Below are positions 28,484 to 38,821 of a stretch of DNA of 64,000 nt, one piece after another. The notes beneath the pieces were generated by a model, which was not told the origin of the DNA, did no database searches, and saw nothing but the letters and a program-made list of their open reading frames with translations. The stretch is taken from the NCBI GenBank assembly GCA_963714675.1, contig CAVQPG010000016.1, forward strand, positions 10,988 through 74,987, read 5' to 3'. A program made the position numbers and the translations under genes. How positions within the stretch are numbered: position 1 is the stretch's first letter; each line of letters opens with the position of its first letter. Origin of the DNA: an uncultured Chloroflexia bacterium (GTDB lineage: Bacteria > Chloroflexota > Limnocylindria > Limnocylindrales > CSP1-4).

Positions 28484-29329
28484 ATGGCAGCGACGAAGAC
28501 GATGGTGGCCGAGGCCATGAAGGGCGGGTATGCCGTGCCCGCGATCAACGTCGTCAACCAGTTGACGATGGAGGCGGTGCTGGCGGCAGCGCAGGAGGCG
28601 CGCAGCCCCATGATCGTGCAGACCTCGGTCAAGACCGTCCGCTCCATCGGGCTCCCGGTCCTGAAGGCCATGTGGGACACGACCTCCACGACCGTCGACG
28701 TCCCCGTCGCGCTCCACCTCGACCACTGCCCCGACCGCGAGGTCATCAGCGCCTGCCTCGCTGCCGGCTGGGACTCGGTGCTCTTCGACGCCCACGAGCT
28801 GTCGGTCGAGGAGAACGAGCGCCAATGCATCGAGGTCGTGGCCGAGGCGCGACGGTACGGCGCCGACGTCGAGGGTGAGATCGAAGGTATCCGCGGCGTC
28901 GAGGACGGCATCGGCTCCGACGACGAGGGCCCCATCCAGACGCTCGGCGTCGCGGTCGGCTTCATCGAGCGCACGGGTGTCGACATCTTCGCGCCCGCCA
29001 TCGGCAATGCCCACGGCATGTACGCGGCACAGCCGACGCTCGACCACCAGCGCATCAGCGACCTCGTGGAGGCCACCGGTATCCCCATGGCGCTCCATGG
29101 GGGCACGGGCCTGTCCCCCGACCAGTTCAGCGACCTTATCACCCGTGGCTGCGCGAAGGTGAACGTCTCGACGGCGCTGAAGATCGCCTTCATGGAGGCC
29201 AGCCGCGCCTATCTGACCGAGCACCCTGACGCGGCCGACCCGCCGGCGCTCTTCAGCTTCGTGCGCGATGCGGTGATGGACATGGCCCGTACCCACATCC
29301 GTCTCTTCGGTGCCGAGGGCAAGGCATGA
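28484..29329 (+). CDS. class II ketose-bisphosphate aldolase (copy 2)
   Basis: 281 aa, with the same motifs as copy 1. Intact. Confidence 0.85.
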   Translation: MAATKTMVAEAMKGGYAVPAINVVNQLTMEAVLAAAQEARSPMIVQTSVKTVRSIGLPVLKAMWDTTSTTVDVPVALHLDHCPDREVISACLAAGWDSVLFDAHELSVEENERQCIEVVAEARRYGADVEGEIEGIRGVEDGIGSDDEGPIQTLGVAVGFIERTGVDIFAPAIGNAHGMYAAQPTLDHQRISDLVEATGIPMALHGGTGLSPDQFSDLITRGCAKVNVSTALKIAFMEASRAYLTEHPDAADPPALFSFVRDAVMDMARTHIRLFGAEGKA

Positions 29330-30101
29330 CCGCACTCATCTTCGACTGCGACGGCGTCCTCGCTGACACCGAACGATACGGGCACCTGCCGGCGTTCAAT
29401 CAGACCTTCCGTGAGTTCGGCCTGCCCGTGCAGTGGACCGAGGAGGAGTACGGGGCGGCCCTCCGCATCGGCGGTGGCAAGGAGCGCATGGCCTCGCTGC
29501 TCACGCCCGCGTTCGTGGCCGAGGCCGGTCTGCCGACCGATGCGGAGGGCCAGGCGGCAGAAGTGGCGAAGTGGCACCAGCGCAAGACCCAGTTGTATGT
29601 CGAGATGGTCAGGGCCGGCGAGCTGCCGCCGCGTCCGGGCATCGCCCGCATCGTGGCCGAGGCGCGCGCCGTCGGGCTGGCAGCTGGCGGTCTGCTCGAC
29701 CTCGGCCGAGCCGTCGGTGCGGGCCATCCTCGAGAACGCCGTCGGGGCCGAGGCAGCAGCCGGGTTCCTCGATCCTCGCCGGCGACGTGGTACCGGCCAA
29801 GAAGCCGGCCCCCGACATCTACCTGCTGGCACTCGAGCGGCTCGGTGTCGCACCGACCGAGTGCGTCGTCGTCGAGGACTCGCGCAACGGGCTGCTGGCG
29901 GCCACCGCAGCCAGTTTGGCCACGGTCGTCACCGTCAACGGCTATACCCGCGACGAGGACTTCAGCGAAGCCGCCCTGGTGGTCTCGTCGCTGGGCGATC
30001 CCGACAGTGAGCCCATCGAGGTCCTGGCGGACCGGGCCGATGTGCGGCCGGGTGCGTTCATCGTGCTGTCCGACCTCCATGCGTGCGTCGGCCATGTCTA
30101 G
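29326..30101 (+). pseudogene. HAD-superfamily phosphatase (copy 2), two frame breaks, native C-terminus retained
   Basis: FDCDGVLADTE is in ORF 29326, ..GWQLAVCSTSAEPSVRAILE.. is in ORF 29411, and ..LAGDVVPAKKPAPDIYLLALERLGV...RPGAFIVLSDLHACVGHV-stop is in ORF 29433. Switches are near 29680 and 29765. Confidence 0.75.
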
Positions 30102-30159
30102 AATCAACGCACCCCTCGATCTCGAGTCCACCTCGCAGCCATCGACAGGAGCTCCCGCC

Positions 30160-31509
30160 ATGACCGAACCAGTTCTTCAGCGACGTACCGGGTCGGATCC
30201 CCTTCGCCGGGCTCGCGTCCAACGACCCCCTCGCCTTCAAGGTGTATGAGCCCGATCGCATGGTCCTGGGCAAGCGCATGGAGGAGCACCTGCGCATCGG
30301 CGTCTGCCTGTGGCACTCGTTCGCCTGGGACGGGCGGGACATGTTCGGCGTGGGGACGCTCGACCGGCCCTGGCTGGACCCGGCCATGGACCCCATGGAC
30401 GCGGCCCGGCTGAAGATGTCGGTGGCCTTCGAGTTCCTCGAGAAGCTGGGCATGCCCTACTACTGCTTCCACGATATCGACGTGGCACCGGAGGGGGCCA
30501 CCTTCCGCAGAGTTCCAGTCCAACCTCGACGCGCTCGTCGAGGACGCCCTGGGCTACCAGGAGCGGACCGGCGTGCAGCTGCTGTGGGGCACGGCCAACC
30601 TCTTCACCAACCCGCGCTACCAGGGCGGGGCCTCCACCAATCCCGATCCGGAGGTCTTCGCCTACGCCGCGGCCCAGGTCCGCAACATGCTCGAGGTCAC
30701 GCAGCGCCTCGGCGGCACGAACTACGTGCTGTGGGGTGGCCGTGAGGGCTACGACTCGCTGCTCAACACGGACCTCCGACGCGAAGGCGAGCAGCTGGCC
30801 CGCTTCCTGCACCTCGTGGCCGAGCACAAGGCCAAGATCGGCTTCGAGGGCATGCTCCTCATCGAGCCCAAGCCGCAGGAGCCGACCAAGCACCAGTACG
30901 ACTACGACTCGGCCACGGTCCACGGCTTCCTCGCGCGTCACGGGCTCGAGGACGAGTACAAGCTCAACATCGAGGCCAACCACGCCACGCTCGCCGGCCA
31001 CAGCTTCCACCACGAGATCGCCTACGCCGTGGCCAACGGCATGTTCGGCTCGGTCGACGCCAATCGCGGCGATCCCCAGATCGGCTGGGACACCGACCAG
31101 TTCCCCAACTCGGTCGATGACCTGGTCATGCCCATGTACGAGATCCTCAAGGGTGGCGGGTTCGCCCGCTGGCGGCGGCTTCAACTTCGACGCCAAGCTT
31201 CGACGCCAGAGCAGCGACCGCACGGACCTGTTCTACGCTCACATCGGCGGCATCGACACCCTGGCACAGGCGTTGCTCGTGGCTGCGGACATGATCGAGG
31301 ACGGCGAGCTGGCCGCGATGGTCGAGCAGCGATACGCCGGCTGGTCCGGCGAGCTCGGCTCCGCCATCATGTCCGGCCAGCTGTCGCTGGCCGAACTCGG
31401 TGACCGGGTCGCGGCCGGGGAGATCACGCCCAGCCCGGTGAGCGGGCACCAGGAGCTGTACGAGAACGTCGTCAACCGGCACGCCTGGCGCGCGGACAGC
31501 TCCTCCTAG
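30160..31509 (+). pseudogene. xylA: class II xylose isomerase, about three frame breaks
   Basis: ATG 30160 follows AGGAG. Conserved blocks ([99 protein letters not shown]) lie in three frames. Switches are near 30170, 30505 and 31165. Confidence 0.85.
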
Positions 31510-31520
31510 ACCCAGTAGGG

Positions 31521-31574
31521 CCTCCTCGCGAAGAGCGAGCGGCGCCGGCCCGAGGGGCCGACGCCGCGAGGAGG
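31521..31574. terminator. long GC-rich hairpin between convergent xylA and the corrinoid gene (candidate bidirectional terminator)
   Basis: cctcctcgcg (31521-31530) pairs with cgcgaggagg (31565-31574), with further inner pairing (ggcgccggccc / gggccgacgcc, one mismatch). There is no U-tract. Confidence 0.45.
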
Positions 31575-31581
31575 AGGACTG

Positions 31582-32241
31582 CTATCGCGGGGACGCGGCC
31601 CCGATGATGCGATCTAGGCCAGCAGCGCCTGCGCCACGATTGGCCGCGGTGGCGGCATCCTTGGCGAAGCCGTCGGCCCCGATCTCGGCCGCGAACTCGT
31701 CGGTCACGGGGGCCCCGCCCACGAGGATCTTGGCCCCCGGGTCGGCGGCCCGCACGGCCTCGACCGCGGCCTTCATGCCCACCATCGTGGTGGTCAGCAG
31801 GGCGCTGATGCCGACGATGTCGGCGCCGTGCTCCACCGCCGCCTCGGCGAAGGCCTCGGGGCTGACGTTGGTGCCGAGGTCGACGATCTCGAAGTTGGCG
31901 CCTTTGAGCATCATGCCCACGAGGTTCTTGCCGATGTCGTGGAGGTCGCCCTGCACGGTGCCGATGACGGCGGTGTGCTCGGGCCGGATGCCGCCCGCCG
32001 CGAGCAGCGGCTCGATGAGCACGGTGGCCTCCTTCATGGCGTGCGCGGCGATGAGCATCTCGGGCACGTAGACGCCCTCGTTGCAGGCGAACTTGCGGCC
32101 CACCTCGGTCATGGCCACGGTCATGGCGTCGAGGATGACCTTGGGCCCGACGCCCTCGTCGATGGCGGCCTGGGTCAGCTTCACGGCGCCGGCACGGTCG
32201 CCGGCCTCGACGGCGGCGGTCAGGGCAGCTAGGTCGGCCAT
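31582..32241 (-). CDS. corrinoid methyl-carrier protein (copy 2 of the near-identical pair)
   Basis: 219 aa with DxHxxG (GDLHDIGK) and ILVGGAPV. It lies downstream of the URO-D-family gene 32340..33423. The 3' end is uncertain (alternative-frame TAG at 31614). Confidence 0.85.
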   Translation of the reverse strand: MADLAALTAAVEAGDRAGAVKLTQAAIDEGVGPKVILDAMTVAMTEVGRKFACNEGVYVPEMLIAAHAMKEATVLIEPLLAAGGIRPEHTAVIGTVQGDLHDIGKNLVGMMLKGANFEIVDLGTNVSPEAFAEAAVEHGADIVGISALLTTTMVGMKAAVEAVRAADPGAKILVGGAPVTDEFAAEIGADGFAKDAATAANRGAGAAGLDRIIGAASPR

Positions 32242-32258
32242 GGGTGGTGCTCCTCTCT
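31614..32258. repeat. 0.64-kb dispersed repeat, copy 2 (pairs with 9432-10075)
   Basis: See copy 1. Confidence 0.8.
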
Positions 32259-32339
32259 GGTGGTGGGCTGCAGCGGAACGGTTGGTCAGGTTCGTGTCGG
32301 TCTTCGCATCAAGCCGCCGGTACGACCGACGGAGTTGGC

Positions 32340-33423
32340 CTAGGTCGGGTACCTCCCGTGCTCCTGCACGGTCTCATACAGGGCGATGAGGTTCTCGATC
32401 GGCGTTTCGGGCAACACGTAGTCGTGGCTGGGTGAGGCGACATAGCCCCCTCCGGGCATCATGACATCCAGGACCTCGCGCGTCTTGGTCCTCACCAGGT
32501 CGGGCGTGCCCTGGATCAGGACGAACTGGGTATCGATGCAGCCGTTCATCAGGATCTTGTCGCCGAACGCGGCCTTGAGCTCCGCCGGCTCCATACCCCT
32601 CGCCGATGGCTGCAGCGCCTGCAGGCCATCGAGGCCGGACTCGATCATCGCGGGGATGAGGGGCGCGAAGCCGCCGCAGCAGTGCATCATCACCTTGAGC
32701 CCGTAGTCGTGGCCCAGGTCCGCGAGGCGTTTCAGGTGCGGCGCGAAGAAGCGTCGGAACGTGGCCTCGCTCATCAGCGGCCCGTTCATGCCGCCGAAGT
32801 CGTTGCCGATGAAGAAGATGTCGATGAGGTCGGCCGCGGCGTCGAAGATGCGCTGGCTGACCCCGAAGTAGTAGTCCACGATGTGCTCGAGCAGGGCATC
32901 GACCAGCTCGGGTTGCTCGTACATGCTGACGAGCAGCTCCTCCATGTCGAGCAGGTCGATGGCGTCGTGCCAGAACGGGGACCAGTCGCCTCCCAGGATC
33001 GCGTACTCCCCCTGCCAGGCTTCGATCTCGCTCCTGATGCCGGCCGCACTCATCCAGGCTGGATCGGGCCAGGGATAGTCGTGCACGTCACTCGAGCGTG
33101 GCGCCAGCCAAGGGGTGACTTCGGGGCATGCCCCAACCGTAGCCGTGGCGTTCCACCCCGAACGGCGACCGATACGTGGAGCCAGGGGCCAGGTTCGCAT
33201 CGGGGCCGTGCTCGATGGGGCCCGCATAGGTCGCGTGCACGCGCCGGAAGTCGTCTCCGAGGAAGACCGAGAGCGCTTCGTCGCTCGCCAGGCCCAAGTG
33301 GTCGATCATGGCCTCCCTGGTCTCGGGGGCAGCACCGAACCAGGCCGGCACGCGGTCTGGCTCCTCGAAGGCGAAGGCCGCCAACACGCGGTCCCTCGAT
33401 GTCATGGAGCTGTGGCCGGGCAT
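32340..33423 (-). pseudogene. URO-D-family (MtaA/CmuA-type) methyltransferase, frame broken once
   Basis: ATG 33423 follows AAGGAGGA (MPGHSSMTSRDRVLAAFAFEEPDRVPAWFG.., frame of ORF 33088..33915). It continues in ORF 32340..33227 from ..DVHDYPWPDPAWM.., with the switch at about 33100. It has an H-C-C-G motif (VMMHCCGG). Confidence 0.8.
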
Positions 33424-33476
33424 CGGTTCCTCCTTGCTACGCGGACCCGTGCGTGGCCCACGTCCCTCGCGGGCCG

Positions 33477-35184
33477 CTAGAACAGTCCCACCGGCTTGCC
33501 GTACTCGTCGATGTCGACGTTGTTCCCGGCGGGCTGGCTGGGCAGGCCGGGCATGGTGCGCATGTCGCCCGCGAGCGGGTAGATGAAGCCCGCTCCCGCG
33601 GCGAGCTTCACGTCGCGGATGGGGACGCGGAAGCCGCTCGGGCGGCCGAGCAGCTTGGGGTCGTGTGAGATGGACAGGTGCGTCTTGGCCATGCACACCG
33701 GCAGGTGGCTGTAGCCGAGGCGGTCGTACTCGGCGAGGGCCTTGGCCGCGGCCGGCGCGATAGTCCACGCCGTCGGCGCCGTAGACCTTGACCGCGATGG
33801 TCTCGATCTTGTCGGGCAACGACATCTCGTCGGGGTAGAGCAGCCGGAAGTCGCTCTCTTCGTCGCAGGCGTCCCAGACGGCGGCGGCCAGCGCCTCCGC
33901 ATCCGGCACCGCCATCGGCCCAGTGCGTGGTCACCACGGCGTCACGCGCGCCGGCCGCCAGGGCCACCTCGCGGATGGCCTCGAACTCGGACTCGGCGTC
34001 GCCGGGGAAGGCGTTGGTGGCCACCACCACCGGCACGCCGTACTGGCGCACCATCTCGATGTGCGCCGCGAGGTTCTCGCCACCGACGCGCACCGCCTCG
34101 GGGTTCTCCTCGAGGAGCGCCGGGTCGAGCGGCTTGCCGGCCACGATGGTCCCGACACCGCCGTGCATCTTGAGCGCCCGGACCGTGGCCACCACGACCG
34201 CACAGTCGGGCGCCATGCCCGAGGCCCGGCACTTGATGTCGAAGAACTTCTGTGCCCCCATGTCCGCGCCGAAGCCGGCCTCGGTGACGACGATGTCGAC
34301 TGGTGGCGAGCGCCACGCGGTCGGCCAGGATGGAGCTGTTGCCGTGGGCGATGTTGGCGAAGGGGCCAGCGTGCACGAACGCCGGCCCGCCCTCGAGCGT
34401 CTGCAGCAGGTTGGGCTTGATGGCGTCGAGCAGCAGCACGGTCATGGCACCGGCCACCTGCAGGTCTTCCGCGGTCACGGCCTTCGCCCGAGCGATCGGT
34501 GGCCATGACGATCCGGCCCAGGCGTGCGCGCAGGTCGAAGACGTCGGTCGCGAGCGCGAGGATGGCCATGACCTCGCTGGCCACGGTGATGACGAACTCG
34601 CTCTCGCGGGGCACACCGTTGAGCCGACCGCCCAGGCCGATGTTGACGTTGCGCAGGGCCCGGTCGCTGATGTCCACGACCCGCGGCCAGCGGATGGAGA
34701 AGGGGTCGATGTCGAGCGGGTTGCCGTGATGGAGGCTGTTGTCCAGGAACGCGCTCGCGAGGTTGTGCGCGGCACCGATGGCGTGCACGTCACCGGTGAG
34801 ATGGAGGTTGAAGTCCTCCATGGGGATGACCTGGCTGTAGCCGCCGCCGGCCGCGCCGCCCTTGATGCCGAAGACCGGACCGAGGGATGGCTGACGGATG
34901 GCCACGGCGGCTCGATGGCCGATGCGGTTGAGCCCCTGCACCACGCCCACGGTGGTGGTCGTCTTGCCCTCGCCGAGCGGCGTCGGCGTGATGGCGGTCA
35001 TGACCACGTACTTGCCGCGCGGGTTCTCACGCTCCACGCGCTCGAGGCCCTCGAGCGTGACCTTGGCCTTGGTGACGCCGTAGCGTTCGATCTCGTCTGG
35101 CCGCAGGCCGAGCTCGGCGGCGATGTCGTCGATGGGGCGGGGGGTGACCGAGCGTGCGATGTCGAGGTCGGTCATGGCGGTCAT
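33477..35184 (-). pseudogene. fhs: formate--tetrahydrofolate ligase, at least four frame breaks
   Basis: ATG 35184 follows AGGAGA. The P-loop block [13 protein letters not shown], then [10 protein letters not shown], then the C-terminal MAKTHLSISHDP...GFIYPLAGDMRTMPGLP are spread over ORFs 33931..35277, 33942..34793, 33608..34261, 33088..33915 and 33477..33902. Switches are near 34495, 34310, 33925 and 33775. Confidence 0.85.
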
Positions 35185-35212
35185 CGTATTCGTCTCCTGC
35201 GGCTCGGGGTGG

Positions 35213-36105
35213 CTAGGCGGTGCGGACGGACGGCGCGCCCACGGCGACCTGGCGGGTGGCCTGGTCGCGCGCGGCACGCATGAGATGGGTGAGCAGGATG
35301 GCGTTGGTCAGCGGGCCGACGCCGCCGGGCACGGGCGTGATGGCCGAGGCCACCTCGACAGCTGATTCGAAGTCGACGTCCCCGACGAGCGTGTCGCCGA
35401 CGACGTTGATGCCCACGTCCACGACCACGGCGCCGGGCTTGAGCATGTCGCCGGTCACCAGCCGTGGGCGGCCCACGGCCACGACCACCACGTCCGCCTG
35501 CCGCAGGACGGCCGCGAGGTCGGGCGTGCGCGAGTGGCACATGGTCACGGTCGCGTGCTCGCGCAGGAGCAGCTGCGCGGCCGGCTTGCCGATGACGTTG
35601 GAGCGACCCACCACCGCGGCGTGCTTCCCGGCCAGCTCCACGCCCGAGCGCTTGAGCAGCTCCACCGAGGCGTGAGCCGTGGCGGGCAGGTAGCCCTCGT
35701 AGCCGAGCGCCAGCAGGCCCGCGTTCAGGGGATGGATGCCGTCGATGTCCTTGCGCGGGTCGAGCGTGTCGAGCACGATGCGCAGCGGGATACGCTCGGG
35801 GAGCGGCTGCTGGACGATGATGCCGGCGACCTCGCGCTCGGCCCCGAGGGCGCCGATGGCGCGGGCCAGCTCCTTCTCGGTACAGTCCCCCTCGAGCTCC
35901 ACCAAGCCGTCCGCTCGATGCCGACCTTGCGGCAGCCCGCGACGATGCGCTCGAGGTAGACCATCGAGGGCGCATCGGCACCGGCCACCACCACGGCCAG
36001 CTCCGGGGTGTAGCCGAACTGGTCCTTGAAGGCCGCCACGTCCGCGGCCACACCTTCACGGATCTCAGCGGCGACCGGTCCCCCCTTGAGCAGCTCGGCG
36101 GTCAT
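35213..36105 (-). pseudogene. folD: bifunctional methylene-THF dehydrogenase / methenyl-THF cyclohydrolase, frame broken once
   Basis: The N-terminus is in ORF 35725..36105. The rest is in ORF 35213..35905 ([28 protein letters not shown]). The switch is at about 35910. Confidence 0.85.
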
Positions 36106-36129
36106 CGCTGTCCTCCCTGCGCGCCCCGG

Positions 36130-37168
36130 CTACGACAGCTTGCCGGCGCGGAACGCCTCGATGAAGCCCATGCCGTAGGCGTCTTCGCCGGTCAGCATGG
36201 CCCTGGCCAGGACGTAGGCCTCCGATTCGCGGTCGGGGTTCAGCGCCGCGGCCACGTCCGCGACCGGGTCGATGATGCCACTGTCCTGGCCGGCTTCGAC
36301 GCAGAGGTCGAGGAAGACGTCGCTGATGATGCGCCGGGCCGGCAGGCCGAAGCTGATGTTGCTCACGCCGCCGGTGATGTGGACCTCGTCGCCGAAGCGC
36401 TCGCGGATGGTGCTGACGGCATCGAGATAGGCCTGGCCGGCCATGGGGTCGACGCCGATGGGGATGACCAGCGGGTCCACGTGCAGCGAGGTCTCCGGCA
36501 GGCCCAGCTCGAGGGCCATGCCGATGATCTGCTCGGCCCGCTCGACGCGATCCTGCGTGCCCGAGGGCATCGACGCGCCGGTGCACGAGAGCACGACCGG
36601 CGTGCCGCGCTCCTTGACCAGCTCCAGCACCTCCGGTCGCTCGGTGGAGGCGGAGTTGACCATCGGCGTGGCGCCAGCGGCCCAGCCGGGATCGACCGCG
36701 TCGAGGCCGGCTTCGAGCACCGCGGCGTCGGAAGAGTCGATCGACAGGGGCACGCTCGAGGCGGGACCGACCGCGGCCACCAGCCACTGCATGGCCTCGA
36801 GCCGGCCGTCGACCTCGGAGCTGATCTCGTCCACGTTGAGGTCGAGGTAGTCGGCGCCACCGGCGATCTGCCGCTCGGCCATCCAGGCCACGTAGCGGGC
36901 GGCGGCATCCGCCTGCCTCGCCGCCGGCGAGGCCCTGGCGCACCGCGGCCATGACGTGCTTGATGCGCTCGCTCGTCGTGAACTCCTTCGACTCGAGGAT
37001 GGAGTCGGGGAGGGGGACCCACGACTCACCGTCCCCGTCCGGGAAGCGGATACCGGGCCGGCCGTCGGGGGCCACGCCGCCACGGACACCCTCGCGCTTG
37101 ACGATGCGGCTGCAGTGGATGTTCTCGCCGATGATGATGAACTCGGTGCCGCCGACGGCCTGCTTCAC
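36130..37168 (-). pseudogene. pterin-binding methyltetrahydrofolate:corrinoid methyltransferase (CmuB/AcsE/MetH-pterin-domain-like), frame broken once
   Basis: GTG 37168 follows AAGGAGA and overlaps the metF-like stop (GTGA). The N-terminus FIIIGENIHCSRIVK is in the frame of ORF 36065..37423. The barrel (GADYLDLNVDE, PLSIDSS, ITGGVSNISFGLP) is in ORF 36130..37089. The switch is at about 36925. Confidence 0.75.
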
Positions 37169-38652
37169 GCTTGCTCTCCTTGCTTGTCTCGGGCGTAGTG
37201 GTCGCGCCCCAGGAACGTGTTGGCCCAGGCGCTGGTGCCGCGCAGGGCGTTGTCGCCGATGACGGGTGCGCGATCGAGCATGGTCATGGCCTCGCCGTAG
37301 GGGCGCAGCCGGTCGTAGGCGACCGACCAGACACAGGGCTTGCCGGGCACCTCGCATTCGCCGTCGATGGAGCCGCCACAGGGGCCGTTGCGCTGGTTCT
37401 TGGCGCAGGCACCCTCGGGGCACTGGTAGGCGATGTCGGGCAGCGAGCAGTCACCGCAGTCCTGGCAGTCGAACATGGGGATCTTGACCGCCTGCTCGAG
37501 GACGTGAGCGGGCCACATCAGGTGGGCCGACTCCAGGGCACCGTAGAAGCGCCGCCCGAGCGCGAAGCCCCTCGACTCGGGCTCGAAGGCGACGTCATGG
37601 ACGAGGCGGTTGAAGCGGTACCCCAGCGGCACGCGCTTGGTCCGGGTCGGTGGCGTGGGCACGGCCGAGGCCAGCTGCGGCAGGTCGCCCTGCTGGTACA
37701 GGCGGTGGGGGTCGGCCTCGGGGTAGTGGATGTCGGGCAGCAAGGCCGCCAGTCGGACTGGAACTCGTCAGCCATGCCCAGGACCTTGTCGATCTCGGCA
37801 GTGTTGCGCTGGCCCGCGATGTAGGCGCCGGCGAAGCCCATGCCCCGCACCACGGCCACTTGCTTGGCCGCGAACTCGAGGAAGGCGGCTCGGCCCTTGT
37901 CGTCGGCCGCGGCCTGCTTCTGGGCCCAGGCCAGCTGTGCCTCGTTGAGGCGGATGCCCGGGACACCGTCGCGATCGAAGACCGAGGCCACGCCCTTGGA
38001 GAGGATGTACACCGAAGCCATCAGCGGGATGGGCTGCAGCTGCTCGGCGTTCCACTGCAGCAGCTCCGACCACGAGCGGGTGTCGTAGCCGACCTGCGTG
38101 ATGGCCACGTCAGCACCGGCGCGGATCTTGAGTGCCAGCTTGAGGTACTGCGGGACCAGGTCCGACTCGAGGGCCTTGAAGGGATTGATCGCGCAGCCGA
38201 TGGTGAAGCTCGGTCCGTACCGGCCGGCGTCGCGCAGCATCGAGATGAGCCCCACCGAGTCGATGTCGAAGACCGCGCGCGAGCGGCCGCCGAAGCCCTC
38301 CTTGGGATAGTCACCCGAGAGCGCCAGCGTGTTGGTCAGGCCTTCGCTCGCGAGGCCGTAGACGGTGGACTGGAGGGCCGCTCGGCTGCGATCGCGGCAG
38401 GCCAGGTGGACGACGCACTCGCCGCCCATGCCCTGGATGGCCTGGCCGAGGGTGAGCGGGCCGAGGCGCACGAAGCCGCCGGCGTTGTCGGTGACGGTGA
38501 GGGCGGTGACGCGCTCGTCGACGGTCAGCTCGCGAGCGGTCTCGCGGTGGCGCTCGCCGGCGTCGTCCTGCAGCGGGCCGGCCCAGGGCACCAGCTCCAC
38601 GAGCGTGGTGCTGCCGTCGTTGCGTGCGAGAGATTCCGCGAATGCGCTCATC
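37165..38652 (-). pseudogene. metF: methylenetetrahydrofolate reductase fused to a Cys-rich MetV-like C-terminal domain, frame broken once at the domain junction
   Basis: ATG 38652 follows GGAGGA. The MTHFR blocks (VHLACRDRS, LALSGDYP) are in ORF 37518..38744. The C-terminal domain (CQDCGDCSLPDIAYQCPEGACAKNQRNGPCGG) is in ORF 37165..37743. The switch is at about 37745 (..ADEFQSDWR / LLPDIHYPE..). Confidence 0.7.
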
Positions 38653-38715
38653 GACCCTTCAGTCCTCCACGAGCCTGTCGGCCCGACTCGCACGGTAGTG
38701 TCCACGCGACCCTCA

Positions 38716-38729
38716 GTCAACCGGTTGAC
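38716..38729. promoter_or_regulatory. LacI-type operator, perfect palindrome GTCAACCGGTTGAC
   Basis: It lies 64 nt upstream of the metF-like start codon, in the gap after the URO-D gene 38822..40081. Identical 14-mers occur at 55584 and 56748, and a one-mismatch copy at 59103. Confidence 0.6.
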
Positions 38730-38821
38730 CAGCAAAGGTGCCACTTGGCAGGGTGGAGATCCGACCAGCGGACTGATCGGGGCGGGAAGGGCCAGCAGCG
38801 ACGAGCCAGCGCGGCCGTTCC

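Larger units (their letters stand above)
25783..30052. repeat. tandem duplication, unit 2
   Basis: See unit 1. It starts inside the rraA-like gene and ends in the HAD gene just before its native C-terminus. Confidence 0.85.
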
